Shown: positions 11,501 to 24,236, numbered from the stretch's first letter. The stretch: DNA of 32,000 nucleotides from Zygophlyctis sp. KS116 (GCA_054661495.1 BAAFSQ010000020.1:1-32000); one strand, 5' to 3'. Numbers and translations are program-made. Notes: generated by a model from the letters alone, not told the origin.

Positions 11501-11924
11501 TGCTTGCGGTAATGTAAATGCAGACCGTATCTAAGAATAATTATGTTTAAATTTACTGATAATGCATCATCTGGAGGAATATAATCTGGAGAAGCTGCTA
11601 ATTTATTAACAGACTTATTCTCAATCACAAACAAGTTATTCCTTGATGCTCCGCTTCCAACCAAAATAAATTTAGTATTCTAAGTAACATCAGCCAATAA
11701 CAAATTTACTGGAACTATATCTATCGAAGTTGTCCATTTCATCTGATCCGATAGCTCCAAGTACGTAGTATCTACAGGTTGTTCGTGTCTACCATTATCC
11801 AACCAAGGTACCTTTTCTTAAAGATTAAAGGAATATTCTTTCGCCATTCCTTGCAAGGTCCATCTCTCGACTGATTATTAATCCCCAGTAATGTATTGGA
11901 TGATCGGACAAGTACCGTTGACAT
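8592..11924 (-). CDS. Large WD40-repeat protein with C-terminal helical region (~1007 aa)
   Basis: WD repeats (ICTGGTDKMISILDTR; AHDSAITD..ASAAEDGVVK|IWDIR; GHYREVNTVCWS..STGSTDKSWRAW). 11 introns: 11789-11811, 11680-11709, 11531-11556, 11325-11350, 11179-11208, 11100-11132, 10835-10865, 10492-10521, 9933-9959, 9470-9494, 8776-8803. Spliced length 3024 nt. The first exon and start are least certain. Confidence 0.75.
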
Positions 11925-11948
11925 TTGTATGGTAAACCCTTCGCGTCA

Positions 11949-12443
11949 ATGTCTCATCGCCACTATGACGATCGACGGGATGATAGGCGGGATGACAGAC
12001 GAGACGATAGAAGGGATGACAGAAGGGATGATCGGAGGGATGATCGAAGATCTAGCATTCCTTACAAGAGATCTGCTGATGACTCTTCTAGCTTTAGACC
12101 GTTAGACTCTGAGAGTAAAAGGAATAAAGTTTTTAGACAAGATCATAGTATTTACTTTATTTTAAACTGTTAGTGGATATTGATCATCAAACAGAAAAAC
12201 CGGTCAACCTGCCTAAACATTTAAAATATTGGTTGGAATCTGACAAGGACATGGTAATGTATTACAAGTAACAAGTAGACTTTCACATCAAAATCTTATG
12301 AACTAGAGTTAGGCTTAGGTGCTCAAATTAGAAAGTTAGAGTTTGATTTATTCTTGGGAGATTTGGAAGTAGAAAAATGGGAGAATCAAATATCAGGGAT
12401 GGAACAAAATTTAAAAGAGATTGATGATTATTCTAGTATATAA
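11949..12443 (+). CDS. Small hypothetical protein with (DDRR)7 N-terminus and C-terminal coiled coil, 147 aa
   Basis: MSHRHY(DDRR)7...; introns 12148-12173 (26) and 12254-12278 (25) give an open frame to TAA at 12441-12443. Confidence 0.7.
11967..12050 (+). repeat. Seven degenerate 12-bp units encoding DDRR
   Basis: gacgatcgacgg gatgataggcgg gatgacagacga gacgatagaagg gatgacagaagg gatgatcggagg gatgatcgaaga; all differences are synonymous in this frame. Confidence 0.9.
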
Positions 12444-12543
12444 GATATAGGCCCCGTGCCAAATTTAGAATCGTGAAAATTTTCTAAAACAAAAAATTTT
12501 CTTTTCGACAGCAAAAATTTGTTGCTCTGTTGAGAAACTTGAA

Positions 12544-14055
12544 ATGTCCAGGAAACTCTCTAAACAAATAATTGGCCAGTCTTTAATCTCTCCGATCGCT
12601 GCTCCTCCAAAAGCTAGGCAAAGCGCTTGGATGCCCCCTGAAAGAAACATGTGTTCACCTCCAATAACTCCAGTGGAAATATCGGATCGCAGATCTTCAA
12701 TGTCTTCAAATGATTCGGCAGATCCGGTTTTACCTCAGAGCTCAGAAATCTCAAACGAGTATGTCTCTTTAATGTCGGATCAGGTCGTTTATGGGGCGTT
12801 TAGCAATAATAATTTTAGTAATTGGGATCCCATGGATTTACCTCGTGAATTATTACCAAATATACTACAGTTTTTGGATAAAAAGTCACTAGGGGCACTG
12901 GTAACGGTTGATAAGGAATGGGCTCAAATTATTCTTCCGCTTTTGTACTCGCATCATACATTTAAGAAAACTTCAATTAAGCAACTTAAAAATCTAACAA
13001 GACATTTAAGAGTTTATCAAGCTAAAAATAGGATTGTAGATATAGACTATCTCTCTTTTATCAAATCTTTACATTTTAAAGGGATAGTGTAAGTTTTTTT
13101 ATAGTTTAAAAATAGGTTTTCAGACATGGATCGTAGATTTATTTCTTGGAAAGATACTAGTGAATTATTGCTAATTTGTGGACCACTGATACATGGTCTT
13201 AAATTGGTTTTTGATGATATTTCTTTTATCAATATTTCAGACTATAATTGGTTCTCAAATTCATTACATTTTTCTCGATTAAGCTCTTTGGAAGTTTCTT
13301 CCAAGAATGCATCTATCCCGGAAAAAATCTGTATTGAATTGCTCAGGAGATGTGAGTCTCAAAGTTTAGATTCAATTTCATTTACATCTTGTCTTGCCTC
13401 GTTTAGTGGGACTGGTTGGTATCTATTACATGACAAAATTAGTCCTTATCTAAAGGAAATTTCATTAAATCCAAATTTAAAAAATATTGGTTGGGATAAT
13501 GATCAGTTTCAAAAAGGAGTTTTGCATTTAGCCAAAACTTCTGGCTATTTACGAAAAGTGGATTTTTCTGGTCATTCTTTTGGGTTGGAGGATCATACTC
13601 TCTCTATTTTACTGGAGTTGGGATTATATCTAACAGAACTGATTCTACCATGTGGATTAAATGACACTCACTTAATTGCCATAATGTCTTGTACAAATAT
13701 AAGCCGACTTAGGAAATTGGATTTTTCTTGTAAATGTCCTCATGGGAGGTTTACTGATGTGAAGAAAGATGGATGGCCTTGTAGTCGCTTTACTGACAGT
13801 GTTTTAATTGCTTTGATGGAAAAAGCAATGGCTGACAATCATGAATTAAGAAAAGTTGCAGAAGTCAATCGAAAGGGGTATGAAAAGTTGGAAATAGTTT
13901 TGCCAAGATTTCTAATGGAAGTGAAAACAGGAAAGAAAATTCAAACATTGCATTGGGCTGCTCAGTTCCGCGGGTTTATATACGACTTTAAGGATAAGGA
14001 AGCAATATTCTACAAAGGCTTTAGATTATACGCTCCTGGGGCCCGGTTCATTTAA
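12544..14055 (+). CDS. F-box / LRR (RNI-like) protein
   Basis: F-box LPRELLPNILQFLDKKSLGALVTVDKEWAQIILPLLY followed by LRR-like segments (LRKVDFS, LTELIL, LRKLDFS). Intron 13089-13115 (27). 494 aa. Confidence 0.8.
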
Positions 14056-14080
14056 CTAATAACAATTTCAGTTTAAAACT

Positions 14081-17006
14081 TTATTTTTTCTTTAATTCCA
14101 CTAAAAGCCATTCTTGGACATTCTTCTCATTGAGTTCCAACCACTTGGATTTCTGTTTAGCAATTTCTAGCCCTTTTGCAATAGACAGAGGTGACCGAGG
14201 CGGGACAAAGAAATCAGGATCAGATCTATCGATGAACAGCGATTCTGCTTCTTTAATGAGAATTGGCTGAATAAATCTGGAGACTATTCTCTCCAACATA
14301 TCGTTAAAACGAGTAAAGTCATTGCTCCCCCAAAAGTCGATGAGCGCATTCCAATGCGATCTCAGCCAATTCCAAGTGAAAAGATGGCCTAATGGTGAGT
14401 AAGAGGCTACAGACGTGATCAATCTATGATCAAAAATAAATTTAAAAATACCCCAAAATATCTTGCTTTCTAACTTTTCCAGAAAGTGCAAAGTTCAGTA
14501 ATCTAATCTGCAAATACGGACGATTAGTACAAGCCAAAGATGCAGCCAGGCGATTCTTTTCGGCAGCAAATGTACTCTCAGAATAGCGATCCATCAACCA
14601 GTCAAAATCATCTAAAAATTTAAAATAATTCAATCACCATCGTTGCCCCAGATGGCAGCCGCTTCATAAATCACTCCGATGTTATCTAATGAAATTTCTG
14701 GATCAGTATTCCCAGCCTTCAAAATCTGGAATTTACCCAGAGCATATTTTACTGCGTCTTCATCATGAAAGGAAATTGCCAAGCTTAACACTCTAGCGCG
14801 CACTAATGAGCGAATATGTTGAAGTTTTGACTTTTCATCCCGATCTACCCATCCCAAATTAAGGTGTAATTTTTTTAGCAGCTTCGAATAATACTGAGTA
14901 AAGTGCCCATATGATTCAGAAAGCGCCAAAATGGACTCAAATGCGTTCATTTCAGAGAGAGCAGTAAACCAAACTATTGAATCAGATTCGTTGACCAAAA
15001 ATCTAGTCAAATTCAAAACAACAGACACATCATCAATTCTTCCCGACCAACTTAATGTAAACACATCATTCAATAAGCCAGCACGATCATTAGGAGAGAT
15101 TGCCCTAAAATCGTCCTGAAGTGCTTGAGAGAGAATTTGGTATGTTTCTAACGGATACTGTACTCTATAAACACCTGAGCGCCCGAAATTTCCCAATATA
15201 AAGCTTGAATTCATCAATGGAATATCTACAGAACCAGGACTGTCCAGAATTTTAATTTTTAAATCTGACTTTTCAATCTTTCCGTTTTTAAAGATGCATT
15301 CCGAATACGCAAAAGGAATCACCCATGATTGTTTGGCGACTTGAAGTGGGCAATTACTTGCCTTGGCATATTTCTCTAAATCTTTTTGGTCGACATTTGA
15401 AGAAAAATAAAATCTTTCCTGTGATACTTTGGAACCATCAACTATAACTATAGGATATCCAGGCTGGTCCGTCCAAGTAGACATAAGTCTCCCTACAGAT
15501 ATATTTGATGTTGATAAAGCTTCCCATAATTCCCTCGTTTCAGCGTTTGAATACGCATGAGACATTAAATACTTTTGCAAAGAAGAAAAAAAATGATTTT
15601 TATCTTCAAAAGTATCTACCCAAGCTTCCAACATTCTATAGTATTACTTGATAAAAATAAAACCTTAAAATAGCAGCTCCCTTTCCATAACTAATGTCGT
15701 CAAAAATTTCTCTAATTTCTACTGGATCAGAAACGTTCAAGGCAATGGAATGAGTAAAAGATGATTGATCTGCACGCATAGCTCTCACCAATTCGGTAAA
15801 TACAAACTGCTCCGACATAAACCAGTCAGGCTCTGCAGCTTCTGTGCCTTTATATTCCATAAACTCTGCAAATCCTTCATTAAGCCATAAATCTGACCAC
15901 CATTTCATAGTCACTAAATTTCCAAACCATTGATGAGCAAGTTCATGTGCAATAACCTCTGCAACACGTTGCTTATCTTTTGAAGAAGATTTTTCCTTAT
16001 CATATAGTAAAGCAGTATCTCTATATGTAATCAATCCCCAATTTTCCATAGCTCCTTCAGCAAAATCTGGTATAGCAATTAAATCACTCTAAAATTAAAT
16101 TATAGTTTAAACCTTTTCTAAAGGATAATCAATTCCAAATTTTTTCTCGTAATACTCCAATACAGAAATTGCAACTTGTAAACCATATTCTCCTTGATGT
16201 AATTTTGTAGGTTGAGTCCAAACAGACACATTTGTACCTAATTTTTCTAAAAAATAAAATATACCTCGACTTGTTGTCCCATGAATCCCTTTAAAATCAC
16301 TTACAATAAACGCAATCAAATAAGTAGACATTTTCTTGGTCTGATAAAAACTAGTCTTTATATAACCATTTTCAATTTCTTTTAATCTTATTGGCATATT
16401 TGACAATGCATGAAACCCATCTTGAACAAACATTGTTATATTAAAAGTAGCCTTTAATCCAGGTTCATCAAAACAAGGAAAAGCTCTTCTAGCATCTGTT
16501 GGTTCAAACTGACTTGTAGCAATATAATAAGAAGAATTTCCTGAATGAACTTTAGCTCTATAATATCCTCTTAAAGAGTCTGAAAGAAGACCTTTAAACC
16601 TTATATAAAGAGAAGCCAATCCAATTTCCAATTCCTTTTCAAGATAAACCACCACATATTCCCTCTTCTTATTTACTATTGGCAGATATTCCTTTCCTTG
16701 AAAAAAAACCTGTAAATCCAATAACCCAACAGCATGAAAAACAATAAGGTTTGTTGGTCGAGTCACCTCTAGACTTATCCGAACAGACCCATTATAAGTG
16801 TATAAATCCAGTCTAGTAGTAATATTCAAATCATAATGGAGCGGAATAACCCAATCCGGAAGCCTTAAATCATTATAAACTGGCCAAAGAGAAGGAATTA
16901 TTTTTGCATCATTCCCAGTGAGATCATGCGTCTGATCGCAAAGAATACCAAAACACGAGGCCAAAACTCGAGCCAATTGAGCGCATAGCAACAAACTCTT
17001 GATCAT
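14081..17006 (-). CDS. M1-family zinc aminopeptidase (APN/ERAP-like), probable signal peptide
   Basis: [43 protein letters not shown] (HEXXH-18X-E), SYGKG. Introns 16238-16264, 16089-16112, 15636-15663, 14612-14637, 14424-14451. 930 aa. Confidence 0.93.
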
Positions 17007-17102
17007 TTTAGACTTTTTAGCGTTTAACTAATTGAGTTAATATACTTTTTAATACCTGCCAAACAAGATACAGTAGAGTAGGCTAATTGCTAAGGTGAGA
17101 AA

Positions 17103-19965
17103 ATGTCCAATAGCAAGCGAGAGGCCTCTGCTTCTCCTTTGGAGTCCAATGGATTTGCACCACACATCCCATCTAATCAGACTCTAGAATTTAGTCCGAA
17201 CCCACTTCGTTATGCCGAACCAACTCAAGATCTTGTAAATTTAAAGTTGTCGAATACTCTTGCCAAGGGACTATGCAATCTTGGAAATACTTGTTTTATG
17301 AATTCTGCGCTGCAATGTCTATCTCATACAATGCCATTAACTCTATATTTTCTAAAATGTAAATGGAAGAATGACTTAAATTATGATAATCCTCTCGGAT
17401 CCGGTGATGCTCAATTGGCAAAGGCTTATTGTGCTCTGATTGAAAGACTGTGGGATTCTAGTCAAGTTTCAAGTGTCTCGCCAAGAGATTTTAAATTCAA
17501 AATTGGGAATTTTAATTCATTATTTAAAGGTTATTCTCAACAAGATAGTCAGGAGTTATTACAGTCATTGTTGGATGGGTTACATGAAGATTTAAATAGG
17601 ATTCTAAAAAAACCATTTATAGAAATTCCAGATATGGATCATTTGTCACTACAAGAAATGGCTACTAAATCTTGGGAAATTTATTCTAAAAGAAATGATT
17701 CTATTATTGTAGATTTGTTTCAAGGTCAATACAAGTCTAGAGTAGAATGTTTAAAATGTGGGAAATCTTCATTGAAATTTGATCCTTACATGTTTATTTC
17801 TTGTCCTATACCAGGTGCATCAAAGACTATAATTACTGTAATTGTTTTACCTTTTGGGCAATCATTAACAAATTTAGAAATGGGTAAATTTATTTTGGAT
17901 TTTTTAAATTCAAGGTTTAGAATCAAGTCAAAAAGTTTCTCTAGTACTTAATAAAGATGGGTCTATAGAGTCTTTGGTTAATAGTTTGGCAGAGAAATTA
18001 AAATGGGATTTGAAATTACCGTGTTTACCAATAGTTTTTGAAGTTTTTGATTCAAAAATTTACAAATTCTTTAGGTATTCAGATCCAATCTCTATTTTTA
18101 GTAAAGGGGATATGATTTGTGTTTTTTCTCCAGATTATGGGGATCCTGCTCTAAAGATTTTGGATTGGCAGTCTAGTAACTCTTTGGATCTTTTGTTTTC
18201 TAATTTTACTACTGATTTAAATGTGGCATTCTCTCCTTATGAGGAATCAGTAAGAATTCCAGTTTATTTCTCTTCGAGTGATCAGGATTTTACTCATTCT
18301 TTTGGATCTCTTTTTGGATTGCCGTCTTCATTATGTCTTCCAAAAACAGTAACAATCAGAATTCCAGAAATGATTGCAAAAGCGTGTAATGAGGATCAAC
18401 TAGCTCTGGAATGTTTAAGAATTTTAGGACTATATGTATATCGTCATTTGCTACTTAATATGATAAAGTACTTTAAGCCTTTATTCCCGACTAAAGAACA
18501 CCCTTCTGCTTTGGACTTTATTGAATTTATAAAGGAAAATGATGTTCCCTGGAGTACATTTAAGGATGTATTGAAAATTACATTGATTGAAGGATCTGAC
18601 CGCTCACAGGATTCAGACTCGTTTTATTCTAGGGAATTTTTAAGTCCGTATAATGGGACTCAAAAGCTGATTTATCCCGTAGACGCTGTTGATATATCTC
18701 AGGATACAGAGTCTGCAAAGTCTGAAAACTTATCAAGTTTAACTCTGGGAAGCACAAATCTTCTTGAGGATTCGCCAGTCGAATTTCGTTATTTTACATT
18801 TAATGCTTCGGGATTAAAGTTATTAATGGTACAATGGAAGGCTGAAGAAGCTCAAAACTTTTTTGGAAAAGAAAGTATATCAAAATCAGTCTCTTATGAG
18901 TTTCAAAAAAGTGTTTTTGCGGTACCATTTTTTGAATTTAATTTTTAGCCAACGGAGCATCCTTCAAATAAATCTGTGATTGCTGAATTTGAAGCAGAAA
19001 AGAGATCAAATAAGAAGATAACTCTGGAAGACTGCATAAAGGAATATAGTCGCGAAGAGACTTTAGGAGAACAAGATACTTGGTATTGTCCTTCTTGCAA
19101 GGATCATCAGAGAATAAAGAAAAAAATTGATATATGGAGTGTTCCAAATGTATGAAAAACCTCATTTAATATCTTAGATTCTTGTATTTCATTTAAAGCG
19201 ATTTTCAAATACGGGTAGATTTTCATTGATGGGTGATAAGATTGATGCTTTTGTGGACGCTCCCCTTCAAGGACTGGACCTTAGTGGCGTCGTGAAGGGG
19301 CCCATTCAATCTAAAGATGAATTGATTTTTGATTTGTACGCTATATCGAATCATTTCGGTGGAGTAGGCGGTGGTCATTGTAATTCCTATTAGAATTAAC
19401 AGTTATAGACACAGCGTATGCAAAAAATCCTTTGGATAAAGAATGGTATTGTTTGGATGATAGTTATGCCAGTAAGACATCTGAAAATTCTGTAATGGTA
19501 ATCCTTTTTATTTGATTATTCCAGACAAAAGCGGCTTACTTACTTTTTTATGCGCGTCGTAAAACTGCAATTGACGATTCCGAAATTAAGAGAGTCATCA
19601 CCTCTTTTGAACCTAGCTTTTCGGCAGACACTGTTAATCCATTAGCATCTGGTAATACCCCTAATCTATCGAACTTGGACGTATCGTACTCAAGCTCTTC
19701 TTCGGCTGATTCAGCTCGTACAGCTCCTATCCCAATTGGACCAAATTTAGCTAAATTTGAAAATACTGTTCCACCACCCCCACCATACCCTGGAACTCTT
19801 TTGGATCATTTTTCATCAAAAGATGAACCAACTGATATCTTGATGGATCGTAGAAATTCGTTCAGTTCGCTTGAAAACTTTTCGGGCGATCAAGATCTGG
19901 AGACTTCAAATGATAATAATACCAACAATGAACCACTCTGGTTTCATGGAAATATAGACCCTTAA
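17103..19965 (+). CDS. Ubiquitin-specific protease (C19; USP4/15/Ubp12-like split catalytic domain)
   Basis: Cys box GLCNLGNTCFMNSALQCL, QQDSQE, WYCPSCK, HLKRF, His box NHFGGVGGGH|YTAY, AYLLFY. Introns 17884-17914, 18922-18948, 19150-19177, 19380-19408, 19498-19524. 906 aa. Confidence 0.92.
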
Positions 19966-20007
19966 GTATTACATTTATTTTCGATCATTTGAAAATCCAG
20001 ATTTCCA

Positions 20008-21380
20008 TCATCTTAAAAGGATTTCATTAGACTCATCCACTGGAGATTTCTTATTGGTATCAAGCCTATCCATGCGAATCTCATCCAATTCTACACTTCT
20101 TTGCCAAACTGAATACTCAAGAGTAGTATTTCCCATACTTTTGGAAAGAAGTCTGAGATTACAAAAATTGAAATTACCTTGCTATTTCTAAGCGTCGAAT
20201 AAGATCTTGTCCAACAAGTTTTCTCCCTTTTGAGACACTAGAAAACTCAAATACAATCCTCTTTGCAATATCTTCTGGAACATGATAACTAGAGTTTGAA
20301 GCCACGTTCAGATACGCTCTAAGCTCATCAAAATCATCTACAGAATCTTCAATCACAACTTTCTCCTCTGATTGACTAGGAATAACCGGCACCACACAAT
20401 CAACTGATAACAATGTTTTCCCTTCACTTAATACTAAAAACTTTAAATCAATTGGCATTTCCATTGCACTTTCTTGACCTAAAATAAATGGTAAAATAGC
20501 ATTCTGCAAAACATTTCGCAAATTAGATAGATTTACCAAGCCTAAAATTACTTTTTCCTGGATACCTCTTTCTTGCAACGTCCCTACCTCCATCCCCGTC
20601 TCGTCTAAAATTACAAGAGTAGAATCACAAACTTGTAAAACCCCAGGTTTTAAACAACCTTGAACCATTTCTGGTAAAAACTGATAAACATTATTCAAAT
20701 TATCCAATGTAAGATTTAAATCTAAAACCAGAGGATATAATTTGACTAGAATTTCCTTTATCCTAGAAACTTTATCTTTAGACAAATTAGAAAGATTTAG
20801 TGGCATATATCCTGATATTTGCTCTAAACTCCTTCCTTCACTAACTGTTTAATTTAGAAATGTACATTCTTGATAAAACATGAATCATTAAAAATTCTGC
20901 AGCTATTTCATCTCCCAACAAGACATTTCCTAAAACCTTTAACAACTTTTGTCTCGAATCCTTTAATACACAACCTTGTTTTAAGCTATTTGTAACCAAA
21001 TCCTTTTGATTTAAAATATTAAATTCCTTTATATAAACTACAGGAATCCCTGACCATTCATTGTATAGAGAATCCAACATATCGAGAGCATTTACGATTT
21101 CAGAATCTTCCTGATCATTATTTACTTTTACATTTTCCAATTCACCGGAAACCTTTAATAGAGTGCCGACTTTAAATTCAACATCTCCCTTTAGAAGCAC
21201 TTGTTTGAGCTTCATTTCCCCATCAATGGCGGTTATCCAATCAGCAAGTCCAGGGACAGGAACGGCCAGACATGTATTAATTTGAGTGATCTCATCTCCG
21301 TTTTTTAGAAACTCTATCGGACAAGAGTTGTCTTGAACCTAATGTTTATAATAGCTAATTACCATGCATAGCAACTCCAT
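20008..21380 (-). CDS. MCMBP: Mini-chromosome maintenance complex-binding protein (compact, 424 aa)
   Basis: CM|VQD, AVPVPG..W, LLGDEIAAEFLMIHVLSR, LKPGVLQ..LVILDETGMEVGTLQERG, LVLSEGKTLL, LEIAR|LLS. Introns 21339-21362, 20841-20865, 20542-20565, 20153-20177. Confidence 0.85.
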
Positions 21381-21425
21381 AATCTCTTGGCTAAAGTCTT
21401 GACGGCCTGACCCTGTCCGAAACAA

Positions 21426-23468
21426 ATGCGCAATCAGCCAGACAATTTAGACAAGCGAATGCTGGATCCCAATGAGGCCGCCGCTCTACTTGGCTGCACG
21501 GGGAATACAGAGTCTTTTGCAAGCAGATCTAGAAATCAAGACTTTCATTTACTTTTTCCTGATATTTCTCCTGCTGAACTATTATGTGATGATTTCTCTT
21601 GCGGTAGGATTTGGAATTTTATTCATATTAAGCATGGCAGAGAGAAGTATTGTTGCAAGGGAGATTGTATTTAACTCAAAGACACTTTTACTTTTATTCA
21701 AAAATACTATGGGTTTACAGGGTATCATTGAAATTAAACTTAATATTATAGCTAGTTATTCCTCTGAAAGAGATTCATTCTATAGAAAAAAGAAATGATT
21801 CAGTCTCGGGCATATTTCCAAATTCGATAACTATAAAGACTGAAAAGGAAGAGGTAATAAAAGATTTTATTTACAATTATAGTATTTCTTTGCTAGTTTT
21901 GTTACAAGGGAATTGACTTTTGTTTTTTTAATGAGATTATGGAAAAATATATCAAGGCATCAGACTATACCAATGAAAAAATTAAATTATACGATGCAAG
22001 AGGAGGATTCAGATGAAGAATTGCCAGAAGTTTCTTTAGATACGTTAAAAAGAGGTTCATTTGGGCTTTTAGAGTCGGAGAGTACAGAATCAATTGAAAT
22101 TTTAAACTCTTTGCAAACTGAATTGTCTCAAGATAATTCTATTCAACTTTCTCGACATTTATCATGTAAATCAGACTCTAATTCTATTCCTATTCCTCAA
22201 AAACCTGTTAATCTTTCTAGGAATGAGAGCACAAGATCAGCCCCGGAAGCGAGAACCACGTCATTCTCTAGGAAATATACAAATCAAGGTCAATCGCTTG
22301 AAATGATAGAGTCAAGGGGTTTTAACTCTAAAGATTTATTCTCAAAAGATAGAGAAGAGCCCTTGGGACTGAAATATTTGGCTAGTGAGCTGGAATTACC
22401 AGCACTGAGAACTGGAGAAAGTAGAGACAATCATCAAATTGTTCATAAAAAACATATCATACAGCAGCCAGTTATTGATGGGGCAGATTCTCTAGTGGTG
22501 TCAACTCCAATGATTTCATTTTCACCTATATCATGTGATTGTAACGTTGATTTGACAAAATACAAAATATTAGTAGATCATTCCTTTAAAACACCTGTAG
22601 AAAATTTATGGAAAATACTCTTTGGATCGGTTTTTTCATCAGATGGATTTATGAAAAAGTTTTGGGCGGATTTGGGTTATAAAGGAATAACAGCGTTTGC
22701 ATGGGAGCCAAATTCTTCTTGCCCAGATATTAATGCAAGAGTAAATGAGAATATGCTTCTTGAAGATATGCGGATTGGATATGTTCAAAAATTGGAATAT
22801 TTAGTACCTTCCACCAACCCAATTGGACCAAAAGAAATTCATACCTTTGTAAAAAATCAAGTCATTTCTAAAGACATTAATAATCCTACTATATGTATTC
22901 TGCAAATATCAACCACTCCATTTATTACATCTGGTGATTGTTTTGAAGTTCAAATGAGAACCTGTCTTACGCATGATGGATATGGTAGATCTAAACTACG
23001 AGTTGCTGTTCAAGTCGTTTTCATTAAGAGTACATGGATTAGAAGTAAGTCTATAATTGTATTGAATATTTAGTGATTATTGACAAAGCCGCCACAGATG
23101 CATTATCTAGCTATTTTCAAAAACTTGTCAAGGGATTAGAGTCCCATTTCATTACAGTATCTCTTCCTCTTGAAATACCCAAAACATTAAAAGAAGCTAG
23201 TGAAATACCAACACTACCATTTGTACATCATCCTCTAGAAAATGAATTAAATGCTTTAAAAGAACAAGAAAAAACTCTTGGCAAACAATCCGTAATTGAT
23301 TTACAGATTTGGTCAAAATTATCCTCTATTGATATGAATTTGCTAATGATTGCTACCTTGTTATATATGTCTTATTGGCTTTTTGTAATGAATTCAGAAA
23401 TCATCTTGTTAAAGCAACAATTACAAGTCCTTTTAGAATCAGTAAATAAGTTGAAACTTGAAAAATGA
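21426..23468 (+). CDS. GRAM + VASt (StART-like) sterol-transfer protein, LAM/GRAMD1 family, C-terminal TM and coiled coil
   Basis: RNQDFHLLF..DDFSC|AWQREVLLQGRLYLTQRHFYFYS (GRAM); NPIGPK..TTPFITSGDCFEV..TCL..VFIKSTWIR (VASt). Introns 21604-21632, 21722-21751, 21854-21882, 23045-23073. 641 aa. Confidence 0.88.
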
Positions 23469-23546
23469 TTTATTTTAAAGAAATATTACAAAAGAATATC
23501 ATAAAAGACACCAATATCTAGCATCTTTGCAATTTGTACATTATAA

Positions 23547-24176
23547 TTATTTTGATAAAATCATTGCTTGTATAATAATTTCTTGATCCGCAACATTTGG
23601 CAATACTTCTATAATCTTTTTATGAACTTCCAAAATTTTCCCTAAATAGAACAGTTTAATAGACACATTTTTGTCTTGTAAAGTCTCCAATAATTTTTGA
23701 ATGATTGTAAATATCGGATCTTGTCTGTGAACGCGAAGTTTGACATCCTGAGCTCCTGTTGATAACCGAACTCTAATGCAAGTATCTGGATCTCTCTGTA
23801 CAATTTGAATAGTTTGAGTCTCATCCTTTTCAACCTTTGATGGAGAGTAGACCCATGCAGGTACAATATATTCATCCCCATATTCATCCCAAACCTTGAA
23901 TTCCAAATGATAATCTGAATGAGCAATACTTAAATTCAATGATGTTATGATTGCATTGGCTAAATCGAGTGATTCTGCCTCTGCAATGACTTTTAATGCA
24001 TCCCAAACTTCCTTTTTCCCTTGGACTTGAGTTTCCCAAAATTCAGACTTTTTCTGATTCATGTTCAGTTCTTTGGCATCTATACTTGACAGCAGAACCG
24101 TTAGAGTTATTTTATCTTTATTTAGTGTACTAGTCTTACCGGATGGGCCACTTGTCTTCCAGCAGCAGCAAAACAT
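23547..24176 (-). CDS. Ubiquitin domain-containing protein (UBTD1/2, DC-UbP-like)
   Basis: EFWETQ..GKKEVWDALK and WDEYGDEYIVP match the UBTD N-terminal domain; C-terminal UBL (VRLSTG..LFYLGKIL..IIQAMI). Intronless. Confidence 0.82.
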   Translation of the reverse strand: MFCCCWKTSGPSGKTSTLNKDKITLTVLLSSIDAKELNMNQKKSEFWETQVQGKKEVWDALKVIAEAESLDLANAIITSLNLSIAHSDYHLEFKVWDEYGDEYIVPAWVYSPSKVEKDETQTIQIVQRDPDTCIRVRLSTGAQDVKLRVHRQDPIFTIIQKLLETLQDKNVSIKLFYLGKILEVHKKIIEVLPNVADQEIIIQAMILSK

Positions 24177-24236
24177 TTAACGGCCGTCGGAGTTTATTCA
24201 CGCAATGAGCAGCGCTGGGAAAAGCCCATGCTCTCA

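Noticed and set aside
11818-11847. Minus-strand ATG (MAKEYSFNL*) in frame with the WD40 gene across a TAA, suggesting readthrough
   Set aside because: A 23-nt intron joining an upstream frame with a more protein-like sequence is simpler, and there is no other sign of TAA recoding.
11967-12050. Possible CRISPR-like or DNA-level repeat array
   Set aside because: 12-bp units with no spacers and only synonymous variation: a coding repeat.
11896-12105. Alternative-frame ORF (MDDRTSTV..MIGG)
   Set aside because: A shadow of the DDRR repeat; the DDRR frame splices cleanly to a full gene.
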